64,000 nucleotides of DNA, taken from Chrysomallon squamiferum (Eukaryota; Animalia; Mollusca). The DNA is taken from the NCBI GenBank assembly GCA_012295275.1, contig CM022665.1, positions 34,658,001-34,722,000 of the forward strand. The letters are read 5' to 3'. Below, one piece after another: positions 39,023 through 53,904 of this stretch. The notes beneath the pieces are model-generated. The model was not told the DNA's origin. It did no database searches and was given only the letters and a program-made list of their open reading frames with translations. Position numbers and translations under genes: made by a program. The first letter of the stretch is position 1. Each line of letters opens with the position of its first letter.

Positions 39023-40946
39023 CTACTACTACTACTACTACTACTACTATTACTACTGAAAATAACTTTCTTATAAGTTTAAAAATAAATAAAATTATTT
39101 TATTAATATTATTATTATTGCACCAGACACAATGACGCACATTCTTGCAAGGCTGGGAGCCATTTTGTGTGTATGCATACGGTCTTATCAAATGTTGAAC
39201 CTTACTGCAGTAGGTTACTTGCATAAAGCTCACTGTAAATTCGATTCTAATGCCTACCAGTGCCAATATAGTAATATTCTACTGAGAAATTTTGTTTACT
39301 GAATTATCAGTAAAATGGCTTTACACGTCTAGAAATTAATTTCGTTGACCTTACACAGTGCAAAATGGTATTTTAGTTTGCGATTGTTATAATAACTCAT
39401 AAAGTAAAATATATGTAAATTACATTTTTCTGTGATTAAGTGTAAACTCTGTCATTCGATTTGTTGGGTTTATCTGGTTTTTCAGTATTGTGCTAAATAA
39501 GAAAATAAAATACGTTTGACGCTTGATTTCCTTGTTTTTTCTTCTTTTATTTATAGACAGATACACGTCCATTTTTCATTAAAACTGAAACAACAATAAT
39601 AATATATAAATAATTTTTCTTTATTCTCAAAGCTCATAATTATTTTGAAATTGGTAAAGAAAATATTTTGAAAAGATATATATATATATATATATATATA
39701 AATACTTAATGTTTCATTTTCTGTGCATATATATGTAATATTCAAACATCTCTAATCTTTTTTTTTTTTCTTTCTTTTTTCCCAATAGCTTTCTTTATTA
39801 ATATCGAAATAATGTTTGATATGGCTTCTTTTGCACATAACTACTATATACAGTATTACGGCAATCCACGCACTTAATAAAACAAACAATTAAAATAATA
39901 TAAAAAAGAATATATATATATATATTTCTTTCTTTCTATATTGATATGTCGTACCTTATAAGATAAATACCATATCAAGTGTATGCAAAGGCAGGCACGA
40001 AAAACCAATTATTTGGATGATTAATCCAAGTATTTGATTGTAAAAAAAAAAAAAAAAAAAAAAAAAACAAGAAAGAAAGAAAGAAAAAAAAACATGCTTT
40101 TTAGAGACCTTGCAACGTGCACGTCTGCAAAATGTTATTATTATGTGTTTAATGACCCGTCAGTAATTGTTCCGTTAAGTCTTAATATAGAGTAGACAAT
40201 AATCTCTAAGGTGAGTGAAAAGTAGCAGACGTTAGTTTTGTCTGTGCAGAGCACGTATTTCTTGTGTACGTGACATGTAGCAGATGGCATGCCGACGACT
40301 GACATTTAAAAAGGCCATCTTCGATTTTCATCCACAACTACAACACTGAACTAATATACACAAAACTAATAATTCACGATGAACAATAATTTGCTTATTA
40401 ATATTCTTGACTGCAATATTTTTATATCTGTGAAATCAAAGTAATGAATTCATAAATATAATGCATAATCAGGTTTAGTTTTTGTAACTGAATACAAAAC
40501 TGAATAAAATCTGAACATTCTGAATCGATACTAGACTCGTTTTCTTTGCGATTATCACTATGCTGATATTACAGTTTGTTTCTTTTGCATCTTCACGCCT
40601 TCCCCTTTATCATATTTTAAAACAGTAAATAACAGCTGTCAATTACACAACTTGAATATATGTAGTTAAACACAATAAATTATGTAACTTTATGTAACCA
40701 AACTAAGATTTTATTACTGTTAACATTTAAAACTGGTCGAGTCAAAATATAGATGGACATATCGCAGACATAGTAAGAAAGAAAATAATGTAATGGCTGT
40801 TTTCAGTTTCAGTTTAGATACTGTCACCCCCATGGATTATTCTTAACTTTCAAGAGAAATTAATTTTTAATTCATTATTTAATTATAATCAAAATACTTA
40901 CTGTAGTTCAGTGGCAGCATACTTCCTGAATGAATGAATTAATTAA

Positions 40947-40982
<36 letters not shown>

Positions 40983-42088
40983 GTAATAACAATAAATAAT
41001 AATAATAATGACTATAATATAAAAATAAAGAGAAATTATATATTCATATAACTTTTGGTTAACAAATATACAAATAGAAATTATATTTAACATTAGGGGA
41101 GCAATTATATACAGTTTTTAAATTATTATTATTATTTATTTATTTATTATTCTACTTGCCATACAAGGAAGCTGAAAAAGAAGGAAAAGAGTAATTGCTC
41201 CACAATCAAATTATTTAGCGATGCGTAATTTATATCCTATTTTGATGGCGATGAATATCTTTTTATGCAAAAATTATACTCGAGGAAAACTGTGACTGCC
41301 ATGTAAATAGCATGCTTACATATTTGCAGCTGGAATATTTAAGTACTGCTTGTTTTGGTTACAAGGTTGCTACGGAATGTTACGTGCGGAAAGACCACGT
41401 TTCTACTTTTCAGAAAGAAACTTTATTACATTGCACGTATGTTGTCAGCTATTGAGTGCACAGAAAAAAACATGCATAGTCCACAGCACGGGTTCTTAAC
41501 TAGTTTTTACCTGGATAAAAAAATATGTGTCAGACTAACCCGACATAATAACTTGTTGTTGTTGAAGTTTGTTTGTTGAAAAAGTCATAATAAATTATTA
41601 ATGTATAATTTGTTAACAGTATCGTAAATTGAGCTAAAATCACTCATCGAAAAGTACCAGACGTCCAATCTGATATAATCTTTTATTATTTATATAGAAA
41701 TAATTCTTAGAGGTAAATTATAGATCATAGGTTGGAATGGAAAAATACTGGACATTCCTATGTTCAAATAATAATAATAAACAACGATATAAAATAATAT
41801 TATAAAAACTCTATGTTAGAGGGGGCGAAATGCAATTGTATTTATATAGATAACAGTCATTAGCCTAAATCGATTCTGAAAGGTGAAACAGACCATTTAT
41901 TTTGCTGAAAGCTTAAATCCTGAAAATTTGTTTACAGTATAATTTGTAAAGTAATAAAATAAAATAAGGAATAAGGAAGGCGGACATGTGAATATGACCA
42001 ACAAGAGCAGAGTGCGTAAATGCTGTCTCAAAATCGGGGAAAAAGTGTTAGAAATTAAGAAAAGTAAGAAGAATATAGTACTTTTTTT

Positions 42089-42122
<34 letters not shown>

Positions 42123-42292
42123 TCCGTGTAAAATTTCGGGCAGTCAGCCTTCTATCTCCTTATGCCCATGAAGACGGACAAAGCCAATTTTTGTTTATTA
42201 CCGGTCTGTCTACATATTTTTAGTTTTATTTATTTTATTTAATTTTATTATTATTACACACACACACGCACGCACGCAGCTGTATACATACA

Positions 42293-42350
<58 letters not shown>

Positions 42351-44104
42351 TATACATATACATATATACACACACATAGCAAAATGTCATCATAATACAC
42401 TAACTGTATTCAGTGTGCTCAACAATAATCAACTTATTCACAAATTTTATCTCATTTTGTAACTAAAGCATTTTAACTTTGCTTTATCATACCCGTAAAC
42501 TTTATCCATTAAAATCGTCTGGATTTTCAGAATACGATGTTATGCAATCTGTTGATATCAATATCTTTATCCAGTCCGTGTTTTAAAATGACGTAGTGGT
42601 TGGATCCAGTCTAATAATTCTAACCTTCAGCTTATTTTTGGACTAGCATACAACTTACACAGATTTCTGCTAAAGTACACAAAACGTAGAGTCGGGGTTA
42701 CTGAAGATTACTTATTAAAATGTATTGGAGAAAAACGTTTTGAAAGATAAAACATACCACAGTATATGATAGAGTAAATTAGGCCACGCTCAAAGATGAT
42801 GTTTTGGTATACTGCAGAATAGTCGATGTTACTACCTTATATTAGGTAGTTAGAAGCATAAACCGCTATGGATATTCGACCCTAATACTTACCAGTTTTA
42901 TTATAGTAAAATTTCTGTTGATATAAAAGCGAGGTTTTTGGGTTACTGAAAAATCGGTGAAAAGGTTTACTCTTCTACTAATTAATGCGGTGAAATTCGT
43001 TCTCAAGATGATATCCCAGAACATGCCTGTTAGCCTAAATATAAATATGTGTACTGAGATACATGCAGAATAGATATCTCATTCTAACTCTGGACTGGTG
43101 CCAGTAATTGCTGCTTTCATCCTAGAAACTCCGAATCGTTGATGGTTGCCAAAAATACACAGTGCATGACGTTTTTAGAAAGAATACTGCGACAGATACC
43201 ACACTGACATCAGTATCTACTACGGGACTTATTGTTGCCTTATCATTCCAAGGGCGAGATAGGCGAGAAACTCGCAGTGTGTGTTTAGGACAAGCGAACT
43301 AGAAGCTTCAGCATACGTGGAAAATAGTACATGATTTTTAGTAATGTATGTGAAATAATTATGAAAGAACAAAACGAACTTATTGCGAATTAACATTGAC
43401 TACATAGTTTTACAACAAAATGCCATTATAAATAACGATGCCAAAGTCTTTTATAAATAGCATTATCTTTGATTTAAAAAGAAAAAATGGAATATGCAGA
43501 ACTAGAAATAGAAGAAACAAAAAAAATAAAAATAAAAATAAAAATAAAAAAAGAAGAAGAAGAAAAAATCCTATTAAATTAAAAAAATAAAATTAGATCG
43601 TGACTGAAACAAGACCTTTTCCTCTAAACACTAAATGTTCAGCTTCTTTGCATTCTTTTTTATTTATTTATTTATTTGTTTTTATTAATCTACCAGTTTT
43701 GAGTGCTTCCTCTATGGAATAATAATATTTATGGATGATAGATACTGTCAGACACCACAAAGCGAACTTCAGATGTCTTTAGATTTTTGCACTGATATAT
43801 AGCGTTAACTCTGACTTTTAAATACTATTCAGTTACACTAACGCTTTCTGTAAAGTGCACTTTTGCACACCTCTACACTGAAAGCACTACATCAGCCATG
43901 TGTAAGTAAAACATGTCATTTTCTGTTTCTAGAAATACACACTTTTGCATGACAGATTTGCCTATGTGCATTTATCTTACTTTTTGCCTTATATTTATTT
44001 AATCATCTGAATAAAATAGTTAATTTCTTCTTATCTAGAAAACCCTGTTAAATTTTGTGAAATTACTCTGCATAGCTGTCAGCAAAGCTTCTTTTTTCTT
44101 TTCC

Positions 44105-44142
<38 letters not shown>

Positions 44143-45734
44143 CAAGCTTATGGGATTTCGGTGCAAGATAACATAATGTATTGCCAGCGATAATTTTGGT
44201 GTATACGTCGCTTGATGTAATGTGTGTGTGTCTATGTCTGTGTGTCTGTGTCAGTGCGTGTGTGTGTGCGCGCGCGCATTTTAAATGGTGATGAAAATTT
44301 AGCCCCTGTCAAAAATCTTTAAAATGGTGACATAATCAAAAGTAGATGTCGAATACTGTAACACTGGTGTCTTCGAGCATAGCTAATAATAATTTTCGGT
44401 GAAATAGGCATCTGAAAACAAAAATGTTAATATTATTGATTCTGGAGTAATTGAAAGTGCCATACTTCAGATAAAATTCACGTACACATGTTTTTTTTAC
44501 ACACACACATACGTACTTACATGTATACGTAACACAATCACACACATATAGATGCAGATTATACATATTGATATGTACACATAAACGCGTGCGCAAACGC
44601 ACACACTTCTTTATATATAGGTCAAATTTTGTGTAATTTTATATTCCAGTTCAACGCTACACAAATTTATATAATTTTGTAACAACATAGAATCGATGAA
44701 CAACCGACCGGAAACATATTCAGTCATGCATGACAGAATAATGGGAACCACGAGGCACGTGTTAATTGTGTTATGGCATATATAAACTTGATATATGCCA
44801 TAACACAATTAATGAGTTCCATCTCGTTAAATGTGTCAGTCAAGCTATTAACACGGTATTCAAAGACATCAATTGTTGCAAATATTTTTTGGGTATATCT
44901 ATGATAAAAGAATGCATACGGGGTCCAAATTTTATTTAAAATGTCCATTTTAAGCTAAACGGACAAAAGAGAGACAGGAATAGACAGACAGGTATAAAAA
45001 GGCATGTAGAGAGATAGACAGATAAATAGATATACACATACACATCTACATTAATATGTATATAAACATATGCATATAATTACACATACAAATGTACGTA
45101 CTTACATATTTACATTCATAAAGGCACACACCTGAAATTGTATCTCGCTTCTATGAAGGTTATACAGCAGTAATTTATTAATGTTTAAACATTTAATTAA
45201 AAATTAAGGATAAATAAACAAACTAATTTAAAACACTGAAAAATAAATAACTAATATGATAGCAAACTCATTCTTATATGAAGAATCAAAATAAAGTTTT
45301 GTGCGTTTTGACACGTTTATACATAGTTCGATTGACACATTAAACATTTAATTAAATTCAACTTTTACCAGCTTTATATATTTAGTTCACTTGAATTATT
45401 AATAAAAGTTGATAATAATTGTTTAAAAAGCTAGAAAATTACAAAAAACTAATTATCACTGGGTTTAAATGTATGCAGGCGATGGTGACTTTGGCTATGT
45501 TTCGCAAAATATGTCACAGCACGTCTACATGCAATTTTGTTCATGAAATTGTTTTGACATTGCATACCGTTTGCTTCGTGTATGTTTATGGTTTTGTAAT
45601 TTAATGGGTTGATCGTTAGAATACCATAGCTGCCTTTCTTATTTATTATTATCATTATAATAATTATTATTATTGTGATTTTTTAAATTAGATTTTTTAA
45701 TTAAGAGAAATTTTACTTATAGCCGACCAAAAAG

Positions 45735-45787
<53 letters not shown>

Positions 45788-48452
45788 CATTTTAATACTG
45801 TAACTAGAATAAAAAAAAGTAATAATATTAACATTATTTGTGTTATTATTATTATTATTATTATTAAACTGTAATCTAAAATAAGCAAACAACAACAACA
45901 AAAAATACTAATAACAAAACGGGCCTGTTAAACAAATGTGTACATAAGACATAAAAATAGGAATGTTTTCATAAAAATGAATAAACTAATATTTGAAATC
46001 GCAAAGATATTCGTAATATTTTAAAATATTCACGGGCGGTTCCAAGGATGGTCCAAAATGGAGGAGCAAAAAAAACAACAAAAAAACTGGTTAGGGTTTT
46101 TGCCCTTGACATAATTGCGTGAATATGAGTAGGTCGATCAGTTAATTGTATCAGACTGCTGTATACTTCACAAGGTAGTTATGACAGTCCTATTCTTAAA
46201 ACTGTGTCAGTTTTGCAGTTTAATAATAAAATTGAAATTCTCTGAAAGAAACAGAACAGATATAGATAACGATTTATTATCATAACTGGTGCAAATCCAG
46301 GATTATTATTATTGATTTTATTATTTATTATTTTTTATGGGCTTCAGTATTGGATTTGGGTTTTTTAACTGCTGCAGGTATATATAAATATAAATATATA
46401 CCGATGTAGATATAAATAAATAATTTCATTTAAAACGTATTTGAAATCAGAAATAAATATTTTTGGTTACTGTGATCATGAGAAGGGTTTAGCACCTCAT
46501 CTAACCAGTCTGTGGATCTGCTCCCGCATAATCGTTTTTTATTTGCAACATCTCAATGGCAAATCTTTGCGTCCAAACAGATTTTATAAAAGTCCTTTTG
46601 AATTTTAAATGTTGTTGCAAAAGCCATCACAGAGGCATTCATCAATCGAACAGTTGTTAGGGGTGCGTTTTTCAAATACTTAAACCTTTGAACATGTGAG
46701 TGTATTGGAATAATTTAAAACTGGTTATGTTCGATGTTCCCTGTGTATGCGTGTGTGCACGCACGCACACATACGTGTGGTTGTAATGTGAGAGTTTTTG
46801 TTTTTATTACGATAATTTTCTGACAGTTTTCTTGCGGCCTTCATAATTCATTTAAAGCGTGTACGTGGTGGTTCGCATGTTTCGAGAATAACCGTAATGA
46901 AAATGTTCAACTGTATGTCATCTACATAATAGTTAATATGTTAATCATGAATAACAAAGTGATAATCGTTATATATGAAAGTGAAAAGATACTAACAAGC
47001 CAATGCATCAAAATGAAGCAATTTGATTAATATTACTATTAAATCTGTTGACAAAACAAATATATTGAACACTGATATACTAATATATCTAAACAAATCA
47101 GTTTTTAAACATTATTATTATTGTTGTTTTTAATATATTACACCTTTGATGTTCCATATTAACAAGTATGCTTGTATATTTATATATAGAAATGTCATGA
47201 CCATTTCCACAATAAGAAAAATTTCTATGTTGAACTACTAACCTAAAGTAATAAGATTATTTTGTTAGCAATGCACTGAGTAGTAGTATAAAGTGTGTGG
47301 GGGGTTTTTGGGGGGAGGAGCTGCCATTAGGGAAATTCGTGATATGAATTTAGATTTATTTATTTTGATGCATACATTTACAGTTTTCATTGAATACTTC
47401 AGTTTTATTTTTGTTTATCTCAAGTATATATATCTAGTTTAATATTATGTTAATAATGCGCATTATTTAATAGCAGGCTTCACAAACTGTAGCCCAGAGG
47501 GTGGGCGTGTTTATGAAACATGGATGACTCACAACAAAAGTATTCTCCAAATTTTGATCGTGGAACAACAATAAAAATACTAACAGTACCGAGAGTAGCA
47601 TTAATAGCTGTCGTTGTTGCTATTGCTGCTGCTGCACTAGCAACAGTTGTAATAATAACTGTAGTGATATAACAACATCAATAGTCTGAAGTAAAAAATA
47701 AGCGTTGGTAAAATATAACGCCCCCGCATCAACCTCTCCCCTGTCGTCCCTTAATAGGTAAAATAGTAATATAATTTCAGAATTTTTCTATCTGCACTTA
47801 CGTGAAAAGCTTATAATTTTTACTTAATGGTTTATACTTGTAATTTCAATATATTATCCCTGAGGTTTTTTCTTTTTGCAAGATGGTACAGTGGAGTCCC
47901 AGGTGTGCAATTATTTTGTTAGTGTTAACTTCATGTGGTGTACGTGACTATAAGCTTGTCTCCTCTCTCACACCAATACAGCTAGTTTATACAGGATAAC
48001 TGACAATGGCAGTTTTAAAAACCGACATGCTAATAAGAATAGAAAATACACATTTGGCTTTCGAAACTTAAAAAAAAAAAAAAAAAAAATCCAAAAAACG
48101 AAAACATTAATTTTGGAATATTTTAATGACGTTTTAATCATATGTTATAATATACGTGCATTTACACTCATATGTATATATGTATTCAGAACTTAATTAT
48201 ATTAAACTATCAAAATGCAGTATTGTTTTATGAACGATAACTATATTTAAACATATTGGACATTATGAAGGTCGTGGCTTTATAAAGTACATAGCTGTAG
48301 CGTTTCTAATGTGGCGAGCACGTTTCATGGGTAACGAAGCAAATCGTAGGTCCGTTAACAACATGAAGGAGCTGGCCGGGTTTGAAAAAGATAATCACTG
48401 GGTAGCTGAAGTAGTCAAACGGGTTGACTGAATAATCACCACACAAGCACAT

Positions 48453-48455
<3 letters not shown>

Positions 48456-48531
<76 letters not shown>
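48456..48531. repeat. Compound (AC)n(AG)n microsatellite
   Basis: Directly visible. Confidence 0.95.
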
Positions 48532-48538
<7 letters not shown>

Positions 48539-48765
48539 AAACATGAAATAAATAAAACTTTAAAAACAAAATAATAATAACTGTGACCAAGCCAGACCTT
48601 TATTTCATCTTAAAAGACATAAAAGAAACCCTTGATAATAATGGAATAATGAACGATAAACTATAAAACAGATAGAAAGTATGTTTATACACCCACTCCC
48701 TTTAACAAAACAAGCACCTTGTTATTGAGCAGGATCGCATACTAGATGCCGTCGGTTTACCAGTA

Positions 48766-48845
48766 CAGTGAAACTTCTCAAAACCGAACAGTGTCGGGAC
48801 GAAGCAAAAAGTTTCTTTTTGAAAAGGTATTCGGTTTACTGATGT
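48766..48845 (+). mobile_element. Possible Tc1/pogo-type MITE terminal fragment
   Basis: TA followed by CAGTGAAACTTCTCAAAACCGA, with an internal TCGGTTT inverted motif; other end not found. Confidence 0.3.
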
Positions 48846-49192
48846 ATTTTATTTAGATTTAAATACTTGATAAATCGTAGTAACGCGAAAATCAGTTTGT
48901 TTTACAGGAATATTTGCATATTTCTGGTATAAAATGATATGAGCGGAAGCTCGCTATCGCAAAATAAAGGACTACTTTTATCAGTTACAAATAACAACAA
49001 CAATAATAAAGAGATTATGCCTGACGAGAACGCCGAATTAAATCTACTTATTCGTTCGTGAAAAATAAATTAAATACTGTAGATCTACGAGAGAACATAT
49101 AAAACAGTACTTCGTAGAAATTCTTTAAACTGAATAAGAAAATTTAACTGCGCTGGCATACTAGATTATTAATACAGTGGTAAAACACATTT

Positions 49193-49194
<2 letters not shown>

Positions 49195-49256
<62 letters not shown>
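49195..49256. repeat. (ATT)n microsatellite (others at about 23577, 37918, 38771, 45736 and 52095)
   Basis: Directly visible. Confidence 0.95.
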
Positions 49257-49257
<1 letters not shown>

Positions 49258-50144
49258 TTATTTGTTTATTTATTTATTTATTTTATTTTATTTTATTTTT
49301 ATTTTATTTATTTATTTATTTATTTGACATATAATGATAATTAAAGAAATAAAACGACTCGTATCTGGATTTCTGACATTTAGCAGTTTAAAGGAATTTA
49401 TTTAACTCGTTAACAAAACGGGGTATATTTTTAGCTACCGTGTCGTCTGCTTCGTCTGTGTAACTGTATAGATTACATCATTAAAAGTAATACATCGTAA
49501 AAACGTGTAACTATAAAACGACAACAAACAACGTGCTCTTTATGCCGAGAAACCGAGGTTACAGTGGATTTAGCGGTACAAAGGACAGATACATGTTTAC
49601 TGTTTACAAGCCCTAAATTTCCATTGCAAATAAAACTTTATGAGGTTAGTAAATTGTAATGTCAAACGAATGTTACTTTTTGCTGCACTGCACAACTAGT
49701 GTCAGACTGACATCGATATTCACAAATTTTGGTCTGTAAAGTTTATCAGTGTTTTGGATAAAACTAGATCAGGATGACCAGTCAAATGTATTTTATTATT
49801 ATTATATTTCCTGTTTACCTTTGCAGCTGCACTGAAACGTGCTGTAATGTGACAGACGACATCCAAAATAATAAGGAACTGGTTGGGGATAATATAGTAC
49901 TCGAAAAAAAAAAAAATATATATATATAGAAATAAAAAAAAATAATAATAAGGGGAAAAATATTATTATTAGAAGTAATATTAGTAACAGTAATAGTAAG
50001 AGTAGCAAGAATATTGGTAGTAGCAATAGAAGTAACAGTATTACAGTAGAAGCTAGACACTAGTAGTTGCAGAAGCAGAAACAGTAGTTTTATGAATTAA
50101 TAAATAATATAATATATATATTTTTAAGACATATTTGATACTAT

Positions 50145-50145
<1 letters not shown>

Positions 50146-50195
<50 letters not shown>
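50146..50195. repeat. (CT)n microsatellite
   Basis: Directly visible. Confidence 0.95.
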
Positions 50196-50199
<4 letters not shown>

Positions 50200-52093
50200 G
50201 TATGTGCTTTGTCACAAATACATCTTTACACAAACATTCATATATACGTTTTACATTAACAAATTTTCATAATATAACTGAAATTCAAATGGCATTAACG
50301 CACCAATCCTAGCTGACCTGTCAGCTGTTGATTGAAATGTGTAACCGTGTTACTCACAATGTGAAATTTATAAAATTATGTCGCAGTATGAAACATCACC
50401 TAACATCTTTTAGTCACTCAAATACGTGACTTTGACAGCGTCACTAAAATTAATGTATGTAGGTTTTATTATTTTCATTTAAGCGCCACGTGTATGTGTG
50501 TGCGTGCGTGTATGTGTGTGTGTGTCATTACTCTCTTACAAACTGGTTCAAGATAAACTAGATGGTTAGAATTACATTATATATATATATATATATAAAT
50601 AATCCGGAATATCCGATATTTTGTTTTCTTTTTCTTTTTTCTTTTTTTATTATTATTATTTTCCTTTATTTTATTTTATTACTTTTTGTTTTAAAGTATC
50701 GTCAGTTAAAGGAAAATATTACCAGAATGGGATGTAGGATTTGAGAATTTAAACGGTCATCACCGCGTGGCTCTAGAGATGAATTAATCGGGTGGTTAGA
50801 TTTAGGAAAGTGGAGCGTCTGTGTAAATATAAATTTAAAAAGAACATTCAAAGTCAGTAGCGATATTGCTTTATATAGATTTATATACGTATTGAAAATA
50901 TCACAAAAAGTAAGATTCTCTTTTTTCAAAAAATTAAAACGAAATTAATTACAGCATGGCTATGCATACATAATGCATGCATATATATATATGTTCTAAA
51001 TATTATCATTATTTAATTTAGCGAAAGCATTTCTCCATAAATCGAAATGGCCTTGGTAAACAATATTCTGAAAGTATTTGTCCTTGACATTTAATATTTA
51101 TTCTCATCCGGGAGCATTCATTGATCCAGGTTCAGAACCCTTTCACGTGTTAAGAAGCACGTCTTCGCAAGCAAGTTAGCACACGCATCAATAAAACGTG
51201 GGCTTTAAAAAAAAATAATAACAATAATAATAAATTCTCGACCATAAGTTACCGAAGGTATTCGACAAAAACGAAATAGACATACGTACATACGTACATA
51301 CATACATATACATATATACATACATACATTCATACATTCATAGATATATACATACATAAATACAACATAAAGATATTCATACATATATGTAAATACACAG
51401 GAACATGTTTGTTAAATGCATGCTGCATATGCATTTACACATGTGCATATATTCATACACGTACATACATGTTTGCATATCCAAAACATTTATCTATGCA
51501 TGCCTGCATATACATGTATGTATGTACACCTTATTACATACATCTATGTACTTACATATAATTTAATATACACAGACATGTTATTTGTTTATATAATTAA
51601 AACAGATAATCAGTATGTTATCAAAAATTACGTTTTACTTGTTTGAGGCAAGTTCTTTACTGAATTATTAACATTCTTGATGATTTTTAAAGATTTTTAA
51701 AGATTTTCTGTACATTGTTACAATTCACGTTAGTAATTAAATGTTTATTTTCAGTTTATATATATGTAACTATGTGTATGTTTATTAGTCTACACTGCTT
51801 TTATTACTGTTGATTTTGTTTAGTTTTTAATGGTACTGCTGCATTCTAAAAAACAGGCATAGCAACGAACAGTTTCACTTTAATTTCGGCGTCGTTTAAA
51901 ACGTTTACTTTTCGTTGTGCATATTACTTTTAATACAAATCATGAAATTAATAAATACAAGCTGATAATCTCTTACATTGTCTCTTATTCGTATTTAGCT
52001 TTAAATTACATGCACCTATGTAAATTATACGTGTTTACTTTTTTAACTGAAATTATATAACATCCACAGTTTATGTAATGAACAGCAACTTAT

Positions 52094-52152
<59 letters not shown>

Positions 52153-52493
52153 TCTACAACTGTTTGTTACAGGCGAAGTTATGAAAATTTCATGCTTTAA
52201 TACATACATAATAAAGATGACACAGGATCGTTTTTAAAAATAAATATTCATTAGACAGTTTTCAAAAGGTCACACGGTAGACAACGAACTTCGTCACTGA
52301 GCTGCAAATAGTGAGCAAACCTCAGTACAACAACCACCAGGACATATCGCTGCAAAACACGCGGACGTGTGCAGAGTCACGTAAGCCATTTTTATCGGCA
52401 CGTGTCAGTTTGTAATGCTAATCACGGACAAGAATCCTATGGTTGTACATACCTGCCATCTTTTTCTTAAAACAAAACAAAACAAATTCAAAA

Positions 52494-52532
<39 letters not shown>

Positions 52533-52924
52533 AATTACAATAAAAAAATAAAGAAAGAAATAATGATGATGATGATGATGATTTAATTTTTTCATCTTTT
52601 TCTCCTCTCGCTTCTTCTTCTTCTTCTTCTTCTTATTATTATTACAGACAGGAAATAATTGTTCACTTCAAAGTATCTTTTAAAACAAAATCATTATCAT
52701 CATTGTTATCCGTTTCACAGGTGTATTATTTTCGATATATATCACGAACTCATCGTTTTTTGTCACTTCTCTGTAACGCTACCATTATCTATAATCCACT
52801 ATTTATCTATAGTCTCACTTTCATTGATTATCTTGCTAATGACAGCTCTAAAAGAAAAATTCTACAACAAATTAAATAACCCGCTAAAAACAGATCACGG
52901 TACAGCGATAACGCTCGTTTGACG

Positions 52925-53081
52925 TGATAAGATAATGTTGAGGTAACCAAAGCTAAGATAGCGTGATAAGAAAGAGCTGAAATACTAGCTAGTGAGATGA
53001 TGATGTGGGTTGAATAAGGCGACAGCAACTATTTAAGATTAACCGATAAGAATGGGATAAAATGGAAGCTTGATGACACGA

Positions 53082-53117
<36 letters not shown>

Positions 53118-53830
53118 AAAAGAAGGAAAAGAAAAGAAGATAATAAGATAATCCTACATCAAGGAGTTCATGAACGTGTTTGAATAGCATAATTAATTAA
53201 GATTATCTGATAAAAAAAATAAAAAATAAAATCGTAGTTAGGTTAACTGAATAAAAAAAAGAAAAAAAAAAAAAGAAAAAATAAGAGGAAGAAGAAAGAG
53301 AAGATAAAGATGAGTTACGGTGACGGTAACGAAGTAAGATAATCTTGTACCTAAAAGTTCAAACACTGGCCAACAGTTCATGAAGAGATTTGAATAAGGT
53401 GATGGTAACAAAATAAAATACAATAAGAATGAGATAAAATGATAGCTATAGAATGGTTTTAAAAAGAAGAAGAAGAAGAAAAAATGAGGTGATGATGACT
53501 AAGTTAGATAATACTGAATGAAAGAGTTCAAATAATGACTAAGAGTTGTTAATGGATTCGAAAAGGGTGACTATAATTAAAATTAATAAGATGACACGAT
53601 AGGAAAGACATAACAATATACTTTGGTGAAATGATTCAATTTTTTTATTATTATTATTTTTTTTTTTAAGTATTGAAATGAAGAAAAAGGGTATAAAAGA
53701 AAGGGAAAAAAAGAGGGAGAAAAAGAAAAAGACGAGTAAGATAATCCTTTATGAAGGAGCTCAAACAGTACCTACAGGCTGATAAAGGATTTGAATAGGG
53801 TGATGGAAATTACATAAGATGACATGATAA
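52925..53830. repeat. Degenerate repeat array, period about 170-230 bp
   Basis: Motif AGATAATC/A...AGTTCA/AGCTCA...TTGAATA(G/A)G recurs near 53146, 53337, 53506 and 53739, and more weakly near 52930. Confidence 0.55.
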
Positions 53831-53865
53831 GAAAAGATAATAAACAGGCTGGACAGAAGAAGAAG

Positions 53866-53904
<39 letters not shown>

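Noticed and set aside
42500-43400. Higher-complexity block that might be a decayed LINE or exon
   Set aside because: No sustained ORF or recognisable motif
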